Counted from the stretch's first letter, positions 9,761 to 20,323 are shown. The stretch: DNA of 64,000 nucleotides from Treponemataceae bacterium (GCA_045599005.1 JAZRVF010000002.1:19317-83316), one strand, 5' to 3'. Translations and numbers: made by a program. The notes: a model not told the origin generated them from the letters alone.

Positions 9761-10650
9761 AAAAGACTTTTTATCTTCTTATGGGAATTGTCTGGCTGGT
9801 GGTAGCTGTCGCACTGGGCGGTTTTCTTGTGTCAGGGCTCAACGGATCTCTTCCCTGGAGTTTCGGTAAAATCCATGTGACCAACGGCTGGAACTGGACT
9901 TCATCGGCAGATATGGTCTGCAGCAGAACTGACGTGATTGACTACGAATTTGACGCCTCCCGCATCCAGGTGATTGATGGAAGCATGGTTGCTGACAGTG
10001 TTCACATTGAGACCGGCGGCGGATCAAAAATCACTGTAAAATACAGAACCAACCTTAAGGAAGAATACAGGCTTCAGATCGGGATGAAAGGTGATTCTCT
10101 CTGCTTTGACCGGGATGAAAAATACTCAGACAATTTCAGGGGAAATGTTGTGTCTGAGGTAACTGTCAAGATTCCTGCAGGCAAGAAGTTCTCTTCCGTG
10201 TCCTTGACAACGGTGAGCGGTGGAATCAGTGCTGACGGACTCATCTCTGATTATATCAGTCTGAACAGTGTTTCCGGTTCTGTGTCCACAGGCAGTGTAA
10301 AGAGTGAAAACGTAAGATTCGACACTGTCTCAGGATCAGTAAATGTTGACGGTACCATTGGAAAGATTAACTGTAATACTGTTTCCGGTTCAATCAAAGT
10401 AGAAAACTCAGGTTCATTTACAGGTGACTGTGAGTTCGGTTCAGTTTCAGGATCGATCAAAGTTTCAATGGACAGGGATTCCAACTATAAACTGATTTAT
10501 TCGACGGTTTCCGGTTCTGTAAAAGATGAGATTCTTGATTCAAAGTTCTCAAAATCAGGATCTGTCACCCACAACGGAAAAAAAGGAATGGATGTTGTGA
10601 ATCTGAGAGTCGAGACTATCAGTGGAAGCATCAAAATTCTTGGAAACTGA
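9757..10650 (+). CDS. DUF4097-family beta-repeat protein (putative adhesin-like), membrane-anchored
   Basis: N-terminal TM helix, then at least 8 copies of (T/S)VSGS(I/V) repeats typical of DUF4097. Confidence 0.7.
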   Translation: MKKTFYLLMGIVWLVVAVALGGFLVSGLNGSLPWSFGKIHVTNGWNWTSSADMVCSRTDVIDYEFDASRIQVIDGSMVADSVHIETGGGSKITVKYRTNLKEEYRLQIGMKGDSLCFDRDEKYSDNFRGNVVSEVTVKIPAGKKFSSVSLTTVSGGISADGLISDYISLNSVSGSVSTGSVKSENVRFDTVSGSVNVDGTIGKINCNTVSGSIKVENSGSFTGDCEFGSVSGSIKVSMDRDSNYKLIYSTVSGSVKDEILDSKFSKSGSVTHNGKKGMDVVNLRVETISGSIKILGN

Positions 10651-10830
10651 TTAAGAAAGATAATTTTTTTGTTTTGCTACTAGATTTATGCAATGTTTAG
10701 CGTTATAGTTTAAGTTACATAAGGTTTGACGCAGTTTTGGTTAGTTTAACAAACGTCTGTGTCTGAGAGAACTTATGTCAACATTAAGATAAGGAATCTA
10801 CTTACTGACAATACAAAGGAGATAGAAATC

Positions 10831-11106
10831 ATGAACAAAGTAGAATTGGTAGACGCAATTGCAAAAGAAACAGGATTGACAAAAAAAGATGCTGAAAAAG
10901 CAGTAAAAGCTTTCACAAACGCTGTTTCAGAAGAACTTGCAAAAGGTGGAAACGTTCAGCTGATCGGTTTCGGAACATTTGATGTCGGCGAACGCTCTGC
11001 ACGTAAAGGACGCAACCCCAGAACAGGTGCTTCCATTGAGATCAAAGCAGCAAAAACACCCAAATTCAAAGCTGGAAAAGCTCTGAAAGACAAAGTAAAC
11101 AAATAA
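10831..11106 (+). CDS. hup: HU family DNA-binding protein
   Basis: The ORF track starts at GTG 10759. ATG 10831 with an AAAGGAG RBS gives a 91-aa product, [25 protein letters not shown]…GFGTF…RNPRTG…, the classical HU/IHF signature. Confidence 0.9.
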   Translation: MNKVELVDAIAKETGLTKKDAEKAVKAFTNAVSEELAKGGNVQLIGFGTFDVGERSARKGRNPRTGASIEIKAAKTPKFKAGKALKDKVNK

Positions 11107-11143
11107 TCAATCCGCTGATTTATTTTTCAGTTGGTTAAAGAAA

Positions 11144-11177
11144 ACGGGCATTTCCCAAGTGAGATGCCCGTTTTTTT
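11144..11177. terminator. Rho-independent terminator between convergent hup and macro-domain genes
   Basis: ACGGGCAT (11144-11151) pairs with ATGCCCGT (11164-11171), followed by a T-run. The complement is also followed by T-rich sequence, so it may act in both directions. Confidence 0.7.
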
Positions 11178-11192
11178 ATGCTGTCAATGTTT

Positions 11193-11711
11193 TCAGCAGC
11201 AGATCAGCTCCGGAAAATCCTTCTGTGCAATGTCAAAGGCTTCCGCATCAAAAAGCACAAGCACTGCGTCCATGTCAGGAGCAAAACCCCTGATGCAGCA
11301 GACAGCCGTCTTAAGTGCCTCCCGTTTCGGGTAACCGTAGACTCCTGCGCTGATCAGAGGGAATGCGATGCTTCTGCAGCCTTTCTCCTGTGCCAGTCTG
11401 ATTGAGTTCCGGTAACAGGAAACCAGCAGTTCGGCGCATTCTTCTTTGCGGTGTTCTGAATAAATTGGGCCCACTGTGTGGATCACATATTTGGAAGGCA
11501 GTCTGTAACCACTCGTCATTTTTGCTTCCCCTGTGGAACAGCCTCCGAGAGTTCTGCATTCATCAAGCAGTTCTGGTCCTGCCGCCCTGTGGATTGCGCC
11601 GTCAACACCGCCTCCGCCCAGAAGGGAACTGTTTGCCGCGTTGACAATTGCGTCAACTCTGTATCTTGTGATGTCACCTTTTTCAATTCGGATGCCCATT
11701 TTTTCCTCCAT
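11193..11711 (-). CDS. Macro domain protein (O-acetyl-ADP-ribose deacetylase, YmdB-like)
   Basis: [32 protein letters not shown]… and …[13 protein letters not shown] are canonical macro-domain motifs. Confidence 0.85.
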   Translation of the reverse strand: MEEKMGIRIEKGDITRYRVDAIVNAANSSLLGGGGVDGAIHRAAGPELLDECRTLGGCSTGEAKMTSGYRLPSKYVIHTVGPIYSEHRKEECAELLVSCYRNSIRLAQEKGCRSIAFPLISAGVYGYPKREALKTAVCCIRGFAPDMDAVLVLFDAEAFDIAQKDFPELICC

Positions 11712-11712
11712 T

Positions 11713-11757
11713 AAAAAAAAGCCCTGAGGTTGCGCATCTGTGCAGTTCCTCAGGGCT
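11713..11757 (-). terminator. Rho-independent terminator of the MCP gene
   Basis: GCCCTGAGG (11721-11729) pairs with CCTCAGGGC (11748-11756). On the minus strand the hairpin is followed by T8 (plus-strand A-run 11713-11720). Confidence 0.75.
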
Positions 11758-11789
11758 TAAGTGTGTTTATATCTGGTCGCTGAAGCGCC

Positions 11790-13838
11790 TTATACCTTGA
11801 ACTGACCGATCAGATGAGTGATTCCGTCAATAGCTTCTTTTGTGTTGAGTGCCAGGTCAGAGACATTCTGAGTCGCTTTGCTGATCTGCTGTGACCCTGC
11901 GGCCATCTCGTCCATACTTCCAAGAATTGTGTTAGATATCATTGCGACACTTTCCATATCATTGCCGACTTTGTCCAGGGCTGTCGCCACATTACTGCAG
12001 CTGTCACCGACAGAGTTTGCTTTTTCCTTCATGTTGGAAAGGGATTCAAGAATCTGGCTTGATCCGGAAGACTGCTCGTCCATTGCGTTGGAAATCTGAC
12101 GGACAAGAGGATCAACAATGCCAAGCTGACTATCGATTGATTCAAAACTGGCCTGTGAAAGGGCAGAAAGCTGTCCGCCCTGCTGGATGAGGGAAGTGAT
12201 TTCCTTGATGTTGAGGGCAATTGATGCGGCCTGATTGCTTGAGTTTTCTGCAAGTTTGCGGATCTCGTCAGCAACAACAGCAAAACCTTTACCAGCCTCA
12301 CCTGCATGGGCTGACTCAATCATTGCGTTCATTGCAAGCAGGTTTGTCTGGCTTGAAATCGATTTGATCGTATTGTTTGCCTCTGCCAGAACCTTTGATT
12401 TAACACTGATTTCCTTAATCACCTCGGAACAGGATTTTACGTTGCCAGAACCTTCGTTGATAACCTTTGTAAGATCCGCAAAAGATGTTGTCATCTTGTT
12501 GGCAGAAGATGTTACAGAAGCGATGTTTCCAAGCATTTCCTCGATCGCGGCGGAAGATTCGTTGATGTCTGATGTCTGGGCAAGAACATTCTGGTTCAGT
12601 TTCTTCATGTGTCCGTCAGATTCGTTGATGATTCCCTGTGTGTTGACAACAGCGCTTGACTGATGGTTTGCCTGTGTCTTGACTGAATCAATGTTTGCCA
12701 TGATCTCAGTTGTGGCACTTGCGGTTTCCTGTGCGGTGTGTCCAAGGTCATCAACAACATATGAAACCTGCTCTGTCTTGTCCTGGATTGTCTTCATCAT
12801 GTCCTGAAGAAGAACGATGAAACTGTTCACACCTTCTGCAAGCTTTCCGATCTCGTCATGGCTTTTCACAGGGATACGTTTTGTAAGGTCAGCATCACCG
12901 GTGGAAAGATTGTTTACAGCATTGATAGTTGTTTTAACAGGTTTGATCACCACGAAAAAGAGAAGGATAACGAACAGTGCGAGAATGACTGAGTTTGCAC
13001 CGATTTCCAGTGTCATGATCAGGGAGTTGATGTATCCGCAGGCAACGTTCATTGACTCTACGCTCTCACCAACAAAAAGTGAAAGACCGGGAACTTCGGG
13101 AATGGGCCAGTAATGACCGACGTAATCTTCTCCGTTGATGTCCACAACACCAACCCAGTTTGAACCGGATTTAAGTGTATTGTAAACTTCGTCACTGATT
13201 TTTGTGCCTTCCTGTCCGTCAATTGAAGTGTGAAGGCGAATGTTGTCTTTTACGATGGTGAAGTCACATCCGATGACTTCTGGAAAACCATTGATAATTT
13301 CAGGTGTTGAAAGGCTTTTTGTGACTTCAATGGCACCGATGGTACCTGAAATCTGCCCGGGCATTCTGACAGGCTGTATTGAATAGGCAACGAGATCGTT
13401 TCCTTCAAAACGCATTCCTTTAAGAACTTTTCCTTTCAGTGCATCTTTTATTTCTGCACTGTTCTGAGCCCCGGCTGCGTAAGAAGCGGGTGAAATCAGA
13501 TTGCCGGCGGCATCATATACTGATATTGAACGGGCTTCCAGGTCTTCTGTGGCCATTCTGCAGAGAAAGCCTACACCCTGTTCTCCCATTCCGCTGTTGA
13601 AAATTGTCTGATAAAGTTCTGTGACAGCTGAATTGATAAGGACAGCAGTTTCACGGATCTCGTTCAGTTCGTCAGTGACGATGTCCACATCGCATTCTAC
13701 AACGGATTCGGAATTCGCAAGCCATTCGCTACGTACGATACGGCTCGGTGCAATGCATAGAACGACTGCAACAGCTACAAGAAGAATGGCAACAGGTAAT
13801 ACTACCTTTGCGGCAATAGTCTGGTTGTTTACTCGCAT
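11790..13838 (-). CDS. Methyl-accepting chemotaxis protein with periplasmic Cache-like sensor, HAMP and MA signalling domains
   Basis: 682 aa: TM1, a ~260-aa extracytoplasmic domain, TM2, HAMP (…[32 protein letters not shown]…), and the conserved hairpin core …[36 protein letters not shown]…. Confidence 0.9.
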   Translation of the reverse strand: MRVNNQTIAAKVVLPVAILLVAVAVVLCIAPSRIVRSEWLANSESVVECDVDIVTDELNEIRETAVLINSAVTELYQTIFNSGMGEQGVGFLCRMATEDLEARSISVYDAAGNLISPASYAAGAQNSAEIKDALKGKVLKGMRFEGNDLVAYSIQPVRMPGQISGTIGAIEVTKSLSTPEIINGFPEVIGCDFTIVKDNIRLHTSIDGQEGTKISDEVYNTLKSGSNWVGVVDINGEDYVGHYWPIPEVPGLSLFVGESVESMNVACGYINSLIMTLEIGANSVILALFVILLFFVVIKPVKTTINAVNNLSTGDADLTKRIPVKSHDEIGKLAEGVNSFIVLLQDMMKTIQDKTEQVSYVVDDLGHTAQETASATTEIMANIDSVKTQANHQSSAVVNTQGIINESDGHMKKLNQNVLAQTSDINESSAAIEEMLGNIASVTSSANKMTTSFADLTKVINEGSGNVKSCSEVIKEISVKSKVLAEANNTIKSISSQTNLLAMNAMIESAHAGEAGKGFAVVADEIRKLAENSSNQAASIALNIKEITSLIQQGGQLSALSQASFESIDSQLGIVDPLVRQISNAMDEQSSGSSQILESLSNMKEKANSVGDSCSNVATALDKVGNDMESVAMISNTILGSMDEMAAGSQQISKATQNVSDLALNTKEAIDGITHLIGQFKV

Positions 13839-14114
13839 GAAATATCTCCAATAACTCTATGTTCTCGGGAAATCTTCTTATTGTCAATGGATTTTTGATG
13901 AATGTTGATTTTTCTTGATTATGTGAAAATAATCAGTAAAAAGTGGTTACAATGTAAGGCTAAAATCGGGTTAAACTGATAGTTTGTAAGGCTTTTCACG
14001 GCATCTTTCCACTCATATTTTTTATTCTTTTCTGCTGAATTCTGTGATAAACTGATGCATGAAATATCGGTAAATCAGATATCTGCACAGCAGTTCACTG
14101 CCTCAGGAGGATGT

Positions 14115-14747
14115 ATGGGCAAATTGATGGAAGCACTTTTCTGCATTTTTTATATCGTTTTCACTTTTATTATCGGAGGCAGGATAATTGCCGGGGCCAG
14201 AAATCGAAAGGAATATCTGCTTTTTGGAATCATGACACTGGTTCTTGTGGCCGGGGATTCCTTCCATCTGGTGCCCCGCATTCTTGTGGCTTTTAATCCA
14301 GACGGGGATTATCACCTTTCCCTGGGGATCGGCAAACTGATCACCTCAGTGACGATGACACTGTTTTATCTGATCATGTACTATGTGTACGGAATCCGTT
14401 ACAGCTTCAGGAAGAGAGGACTGGAAATCCTGATGATCCTGCTTTCTGCCGCAAGAATCGCTCTCTGCTTTTTTCCGCAGAATGACTGGACTGGTGCGGC
14501 TCCCGTGCAATGGGGCGTGTACCGCAATATTCCCTTTGTCATCATGGGGATCATCATGGTGGTGCTGTACTTCATCAGGCGTGGCGACAGAGCTTTCCGG
14601 TGGATGTGGCTTGCAGTCACTCTGAGTTTTGCTTTCTACATTCCTGTTGTGCTCTGGGCTGACATAAGCCCCATGATCGGAATGCTGATGCTGCCGAAAA
14701 CCTGTATGTACATCTGGATTGTGGTTATGGGCTTGAAGGCTGAGTAA
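14115..14747 (+). CDS. Multi-pass integral membrane protein, unknown function
   Basis: ORF 14055..14747. ATG 14115 follows AGGAGG (14105-14110). About 7 hydrophobic helices; no family recognised. Confidence 0.55.
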   Translation: MGKLMEALFCIFYIVFTFIIGGRIIAGARNRKEYLLFGIMTLVLVAGDSFHLVPRILVAFNPDGDYHLSLGIGKLITSVTMTLFYLIMYYVYGIRYSFRKRGLEILMILLSAARIALCFFPQNDWTGAAPVQWGVYRNIPFVIMGIIMVVLYFIRRGDRAFRWMWLAVTLSFAFYIPVVLWADISPMIGMLMLPKTCMYIWIVVMGLKAE

Positions 14748-14854
14748 CTGAAAATGTACGTGGACTTTATCTGGCGATTTGCTTTAGAATAAGGGAAGAA
14801 TGGGTGACAGAATGATTCTGCCGCTGAATGAAAGAAACATTTTTATAGAAGGAA

Positions 14855-15271
14855 ATGACAATGCTGAAGGATTTTCTTGGAAAATATTATTTTGACGGAA
14901 ACTACAACTGTGCGGAATCTTTGCTCCGTGCGGGAAATGAATTTTACAGTCTTGGGCTGCATGACAGAGACATGATTCTGGTGGGCGCTTACGGTGCCGG
15001 CATCCAGACGGGAAACACCTGTGGAGCACTTCTTGGCGCTGCGGCGATTCTTTCAATGAAATATGTTGAGTCAAAGGCTCATGAGTCAAAGGACATCAAG
15101 CCTGTTGTCACCTGTCTGATGGAAAAGTTCAAGGAGAAGTACGGATCAACTCTCTGCTGTGACGTAAAACCTCAGGCTTTCAAACCGGAAGTCCGCTGTC
15201 TCAGTGCCGTTGAGTCAGCCTGTGACATTCTGGAAAGTGTAATCGCTGATTACGAGAAATCCCGTAAATAA
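14855..15271 (+). CDS. C_GCAxxG_C_C family (putative redox-active) protein
   Basis: YNCAESLL… and …GNTCGALLGAA…CC… match the C-GCAxxG-C-C family signature; 138 aa. Confidence 0.7.
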   Translation: MTMLKDFLGKYYFDGNYNCAESLLRAGNEFYSLGLHDRDMILVGAYGAGIQTGNTCGALLGAAAILSMKYVESKAHESKDIKPVVTCLMEKFKEKYGSTLCCDVKPQAFKPEVRCLSAVESACDILESVIADYEKSRK

Positions 15272-15565
15272 TTTTCGGGTTCCATGGCGGGCAGTTCTTG
15301 AACTGGTTTCAGATGCCCGCTGACTCCTTTCAAAAATCACTTCACAAAAAATCTCAAAAAACTCAAAAAAAAGTTGATTATTGCCCCTGTTTTTTATACC
15401 TTTGTACTCATGGGATTTTTCTGTTCTGCTGAAATTTCCCTTTTTCTGCCGGTTTCGGTGTTATATCAGGAGGTAAGATAAAAGCCGCGCTTCTGTGGCG
15501 GTGTTTTTATCACTGCAAATCTGCGTTGCGGATATTGCTTTATTGACCGTTCCTCACTGGCTTTT

Positions 15566-16429
15566 ATGGGAGGCTGTATGGCTGTTATTACGTTGGATTC
15601 TGTAAAAAAAGTGTATCCGCTTGGAAAGCAGAAAGTTGAAGCTGTAAAAGGTATTTCATTCAATATTGAAAAAGGCGAGTTTGCCGCAATCTCAGGTCCC
15701 TCCGGATCAGGAAAATCCACACTGCTCAATATGGTGGGACTGATTGATCTTCCTTCCAGTGGAAGAATCATAATTGACGGGATTGATGTTTACGATGGCT
15801 TTGAACTTGAGAACACGGTTCTTGATGCTGACAGACTGAACAATTATGTGGAGAAGAAAGACAGAAACGCAAAAAAAATAAAGACGACAATTCCTAATAA
15901 ACTTGACCGCCGCATCACCGGTCTGCGCCGTTCCCACCTGGGATTCATCTTCCAGACTTTCAATCTTATTCCGGTTCTCAATGTCTATGAAAACATTGAA
16001 TTCCCGCTGCTTCTTGAATCAAAGGACAAGACTCTTGCCTGTCCCGTAGACAGCTTCTCAAGAAAAGAGAAAGAGGACTGGATCCGTTACCTTATGGAAA
16101 AAGTCGGGCTTGCTGACTGGGAAAAACATAAACCTTCCGAACTTTCAGGCGGTCAGCGTCAGCGTGTTGCAATTGCCCGCGCCCTTGTTACAAAGGCACC
16201 GGTGATCCTTGCTGACGAACCTACAGCAAACCTTGACTCAGTGAACAGCAGCCAGATTCTCAGACTTATGAAAGACCTGAACAAGGATCCTGAACTGCAG
16301 ACAACCTTCATTTTCTCAACTCATGACAGCCGCATTGTTGATATGTGTGACCATGTCGTACATATTTTTGACGGACTTGTAAAACAGGACGAGTACAAGG
16401 CCGGAAGTGACATTTACGGTGAAGCGTAA
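15566..16429 (+). CDS. ABC transporter ATP-binding protein, MacB/LolD-like, with two insertions
   Basis: Walker A GPSGSGKST, Q-loop region GFIFQ, signature LSGGQRQRV, Walker B ILADEPT, H-loop STHD. The start may be ATG 15578 (GGGAGG just upstream). Confidence 0.9.
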   Translation: MGGCMAVITLDSVKKVYPLGKQKVEAVKGISFNIEKGEFAAISGPSGSGKSTLLNMVGLIDLPSSGRIIIDGIDVYDGFELENTVLDADRLNNYVEKKDRNAKKIKTTIPNKLDRRITGLRRSHLGFIFQTFNLIPVLNVYENIEFPLLLESKDKTLACPVDSFSRKEKEDWIRYLMEKVGLADWEKHKPSELSGGQRQRVAIARALVTKAPVILADEPTANLDSVNSSQILRLMKDLNKDPELQTTFIFSTHDSRIVDMCDHVVHIFDGLVKQDEYKAGSDIYGEA

Positions 16430-16444
16430 GCAGGAGCGGTACGG

Positions 16445-18112
16445 ATGGGAGTAATATTCAGATTAGCCATAAGGAACCTTACGGAACATAAGACAAAGAC
16501 GATCATTATTTCGCTGTTCCTTATTTTCGGCATTGCAATCGTAATCATGGGAAACTCTTTTCTTGAGTCCATCAACCGCGGACTTGAGAAAGATTTCCGT
16601 GCCCACTACACGGGCGATATCGCTGTAGGAATCAATCCTGACCGTGGTGTCCTGATTGATCTTTTCGGTGTCACATCAATGAACTTTACCGGTGAGATTC
16701 CCCAGATTCCTGCGATTCCGGATCTTGAGCGTGTGTCAGAAATTCTTGCCGGTTATGACGAACTGTATTCTGATACAAAACTGATCAGTGCCAATGTCCT
16801 TGTTGCCTACGGTCTTGAGATGGATCTTTCCGGGATTCTTGACAGGGACGACCTTTCTTTTGATGACCTGCCAGTGTCCATTCTTTTCGGCGTTGAAGAC
16901 AGTTCCTACTGGGAAACTTTTCCGGGACTGCACTTTATTGACGGAAAGTATCCGGCCCCTGACACCAATGAAGTCATCATTGATACACGTGTGAAAAATG
17001 CTTTTGAAAGCCTTTACCGCCGTCCGCTGAATGTGGGTGACACTATCCTGATCGCAGGCGCAAATATGAAAGGCATTGTCCGTGAGGCTGTTGTCAGCGG
17101 TATTTTCAACCCGCCTGATGAAAACTCTGCGATGTTCCAGATCATCTACTGTAATCCCAGTCTTGCCCGCAGTTTTGCAGACCTGACATACGGCGCCGGT
17201 TTTGTAAGCGAGCTGCCTTCTGATATTGACCTTTCTCTCGGCAGTATGAGTGAGGAAGAGCTTTTTGGCGGTGCATCAGACTTTGAGGATTTTTCTTTTG
17301 ACGACATCAGCTTTGACAGTTTCAGCTTTGGTGATGACAGCGGTTTTGTTTTTGACGATGCCGGCTTTGACACTTTCGCTTTCGGCGATGACCTGTTCGC
17401 ATTTGACAACGGTTTTGATGAATTCGGCTTTGACGAAGAATCACTGCTTTCCGATGATATCGACTTTGACGCAATCCTCGGTGACACAACTCTCCGTGAC
17501 CAGCTGAACAGAACCGATGACGGAGCCTGGAACTTTATTCTTACAAAGGTGAAACATCCGGGACAGACTGAAAAACTGATCGCTGAACTGAACCGGCGTT
17601 TCAAGGAAGAAGGTCTCAATGTCCGTGCAATTGGCTGGAAAGACGCAGCCGCAAGCTACACTGATACAGTTGAGGGACTGGGCTTCATCTTCAATCTGCT
17701 GATCATCATTCTTGCAGTTGTTGTTTTCATCATCATCATGAATACAATGACAGTAAGCGTAATCGAGCGGACCGGTGAAATCGGAACAATGCGTGCCATC
17801 GGTGCTGAGAAGAAGTTTGTCCGCCGTCTGTTCTTTACTGAGACGCTCTGTCTCACTTCAGTTTCTTCCCTGATCGGCATTATCGTAGCCTTTATTGCAA
17901 TGGGAATTTTCAACAGCTGCAATATTGTGATCACCAATTCAATTGCAAAAATGATTCTCGGAGGCGGTCTTCTGCATTTCAGTCCCACCTTTACGATCAT
18001 TGCAGCAACTGTGTTTGTGGCTCTTGCAGGAAGTGTCCTGAGTAATCTGTACCCGGTCGGTTCAGCTCTCAAGATCACTCCATTGAAAGCACTCTCAAAA
18101 GCAGACAACTGA
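16445..18112 (+). CDS. ABC transporter permease, FtsX/MacB-LolE family, with Asp/Phe-rich periplasmic insertion
   Basis: LAIRNLTEHKTKT N-terminus, TM1, large periplasmic domain, and a C-terminal FtsX 3-TM bundle (…ERTGEIGTMRAIGAEK…). An ~80-aa D/F tract is encoded at about 17250-17485. Confidence 0.85.
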   Translation: MGVIFRLAIRNLTEHKTKTIIISLFLIFGIAIVIMGNSFLESINRGLEKDFRAHYTGDIAVGINPDRGVLIDLFGVTSMNFTGEIPQIPAIPDLERVSEILAGYDELYSDTKLISANVLVAYGLEMDLSGILDRDDLSFDDLPVSILFGVEDSSYWETFPGLHFIDGKYPAPDTNEVIIDTRVKNAFESLYRRPLNVGDTILIAGANMKGIVREAVVSGIFNPPDENSAMFQIIYCNPSLARSFADLTYGAGFVSELPSDIDLSLGSMSEEELFGGASDFEDFSFDDISFDSFSFGDDSGFVFDDAGFDTFAFGDDLFAFDNGFDEFGFDEESLLSDDIDFDAILGDTTLRDQLNRTDDGAWNFILTKVKHPGQTEKLIAELNRRFKEEGLNVRAIGWKDAAASYTDTVEGLGFIFNLLIIILAVVVFIIIMNTMTVSVIERTGEIGTMRAIGAEKKFVRRLFFTETLCLTSVSSLIGIIVAFIAMGIFNSCNIVITNSIAKMILGGGLLHFSPTFTIIAATVFVALAGSVLSNLYPVGSALKITPLKALSKADN

Positions 18113-18133
18113 TTACAGTACAGGAGAAACCTA

Positions 18134-19474
18134 ATGAATAAAACATTGCATCTTGCTTTAAGGAATCTGACCCGCCAGAAACGAAGAAATGCAATTCTTG
18201 CCATTGCCATTGCATTCGGTTTTTTTGTTGTGACTGCCATTGACGGACTTACAACCGGTATGGTGGGCAACCTTGAGGACATGATTACCCAGATGACCGG
18301 CGGTTCTGTCATGATTGCCGGTTATGAGAAAATCCCTTCCGAGGAGGAAGGCGGAAAAGACAAAGTTGTACATATCATCCGCGACAGAGACTACATCCAG
18401 AGACTGGTCGAGGACAACGACATTGATTATAAGTATTTCTCCAGGTTTACAAGAAGCTCCGGACAGCTTCTCTTCAATGGCAAAAAATCCATCGCAACGA
18501 TGTATGGACGTGATCTTTCGGAACCGGAACTCCTTGATACTTTCCAGGTGATTGAGGGTAGCCTTGACAATCTTTCTGATCCGCATGCCCTGGTGATCGG
18601 GAAATCAATAGCTGACAGCATGAACCTTGCGCCGGGAGATTCTGTGGTTTACACAACTTCCACAATCTACGGACAGAATGAAGTAGGGGACTTTACTGTT
18701 GTTGCAATAATTAAGGAAAACAATCTTCTGAGCAGCATGCAGACTTACACTCATATCAAGACTCTGAATGCTCTGGTCGGGCTGCCTGAGGACGGTTACT
18801 CATCATTCTCGATTTTCCTTAAGGACAGAAACAAACAGGATGCTGTTGCCACAAAACTTGAGAATCTGATCCGTCAGGACGGAATCCCGGTATCAAGCAG
18901 GCTTATTGCCTATCAGACAAATCCCAATGCGCCTGCTGCCGGAATTACCAAACAGTTCACAACCGATGAATACCAGTGGGAAGGAACAAAATACGGAGTT
19001 GAAACCCTTGCTGACGCGATTCCCCAGATCAAGACGATTCTTTCCATTGTCCACATTGTCACCACTGTGATTCTGCTGGTGATTCTTCTGATTGTAATGG
19101 TCGGTGTAAGCAACACATACCGCATGGTCCTTTATGAACGCATACGTGAAATCGGAACAATGCGCGCTGTGGGCATGACAGGTAAAACAACCGGAAAAGT
19201 TTTCACAACGGAAGCAGTCGTTCTCTGTGTTATCGGTGCTTTTATGGGACTGGTTCTGTCGGTTCTTGTGATGGGAATCATCCATCTTATTCCCATTCAC
19301 AATGAATCACTTTCATTCTTCCTCCACAACGGACACTTTACATTCAGTCTTTCTTTGGGAACTGTGATCGTCCAGTATCTGCTGCTTATCGGTCTGACAA
19401 CCCTTGCGGTCCGCGGTACAGCAAAAAAAGCGGCTGCACTGAGTCCGGCGGAAGCATTGCGGAGTATCAAATAA
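18134..19474 (+). CDS. ABC transporter permease, FtsX/MacB-LolC/E family (second paralog)
   Basis: LALRNLTRQKRRN, a periplasmic domain, …ERIREIGTMRAVGM… and a C-terminal FtsX domain; AGGAG RBS. Confidence 0.85.
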   Translation: MNKTLHLALRNLTRQKRRNAILAIAIAFGFFVVTAIDGLTTGMVGNLEDMITQMTGGSVMIAGYEKIPSEEEGGKDKVVHIIRDRDYIQRLVEDNDIDYKYFSRFTRSSGQLLFNGKKSIATMYGRDLSEPELLDTFQVIEGSLDNLSDPHALVIGKSIADSMNLAPGDSVVYTTSTIYGQNEVGDFTVVAIIKENNLLSSMQTYTHIKTLNALVGLPEDGYSSFSIFLKDRNKQDAVATKLENLIRQDGIPVSSRLIAYQTNPNAPAAGITKQFTTDEYQWEGTKYGVETLADAIPQIKTILSIVHIVTTVILLVILLIVMVGVSNTYRMVLYERIREIGTMRAVGMTGKTTGKVFTTEAVVLCVIGAFMGLVLSVLVMGIIHLIPIHNESLSFFLHNGHFTFSLSLGTVIVQYLLLIGLTTLAVRGTAKKAAALSPAEALRSIK

Positions 19475-19540
19475 AACGAACAGTGCCGTCATGATTCAAT
19501 GGCGGATCTGGTGCGAATCTTTTTTTATAAGGAACAGGAT

Positions 19541-20323
19541 ATGACAAAAGGAAAAACAATTACTGCATTTGCGTTTATTCTTCTGATGATTGCCGGTACA
19601 GCCGCTGCTCAGAGCAGTAAGGTTGATGCGGCAACCGCAGAGAAAGCGTTCCAGATTATGGAATCAACGGGTGAAGTTCTTGCCTATCACGGAGACTATT
19701 CCGCAACAATCTCACTGATCATCGAAAAGCCCGGAAAACCTGACGACAGCCTTCAGTACAAGATCTTTGAGCGTACTGATAAAGACCTTATGACCATTGT
19801 CCAGCTTTTTCCTGAAGCAGACAAAGGTAACGGTTATCTCCGCGATGGTGACAACATCTGGTCCTATGATCCGATCAGCCGCAAATTCACTCATACAAGC
19901 ATCAAGGAAGCATTGGGCGATTCTGATGTAAAACTTGATGACGTGAATCAGTCCAAGACAAGATGGCGGGACAACTACAATGTTGAGAAAGTTGCGGCCG
20001 GTAAACTTGGCAGCTATTCTGTGTACATGATCACTCTTGTGGCAAAGACAACTGAGCCCAGTTATGCAAAATCCGTTTATTACGTAAGACAGGATATTCC
20101 TCTTATTGTCAAGGAAGAGGATTATTCCGGCTCTGACCGTCTGATGCGTACGACTCTTATTCCCAAGTATGCAAAGGTTCCGGCAGGTTATGTTCCCACT
20201 CAGCTGATCATGCGTGACGAGCTTAATCCCGGTGAGCAGACTCAGCAGATTGTCTCAGATCTGTCTTTTGCCGCGCTTCCGGACCGTATCTTTACAAAGG
20301 CTTATCTTGAGGGCTTGAACTGA
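19541..20323 (+). CDS. Outer-membrane lipoprotein-sorting (LolA-like, PF17131-type) periplasmic protein
   Basis: ORF 19499..20323; likely start ATG 19541 (MTKGKTITAFAFILLMIAGTAAAQ, a signal peptide). …FPEADKGNGYLRDGDNIWSYDPISRKF… and the C-terminal …IFTKAYLE resemble the LolA_like family commonly encoded next to FtsX-type ABC systems. Confidence 0.6.
   Translation: MTKGKTITAFAFILLMIAGTAAAQSSKVDAATAEKAFQIMESTGEVLAYHGDYSATISLIIEKPGKPDDSLQYKIFERTDKDLMTIVQLFPEADKGNGYLRDGDNIWSYDPISRKFTHTSIKEALGDSDVKLDDVNQSKTRWRDNYNVEKVAAGKLGSYSVYMITLVAKTTEPSYAKSVYYVRQDIPLIVKEEDYSGSDRLMRTTLIPKYAKVPAGYVPTQLIMRDELNPGEQTQQIVSDLSFAALPDRIFTKAYLEGLN

Noticed and set aside
15482-15510. Small hairpin plus T5 (AGCCGC-N9-GCGGTG TTTTT) in the leader of the MacB/Lol-like operon
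   Set aside because: The stem is short (5-6 bp with a G-U pair) and the T-run is short. It could be an attenuator, but the evidence is too weak to call.
17146-18312. Minus-strand ORFs 17146..17619 and 17656..18312, and similarly 20329..20763
   Set aside because: They are antisense to the FtsX permease and OMP genes. They stay open only because of the repetitive GAT/TTT (D/F) codons and the hydrophobic TM regions.
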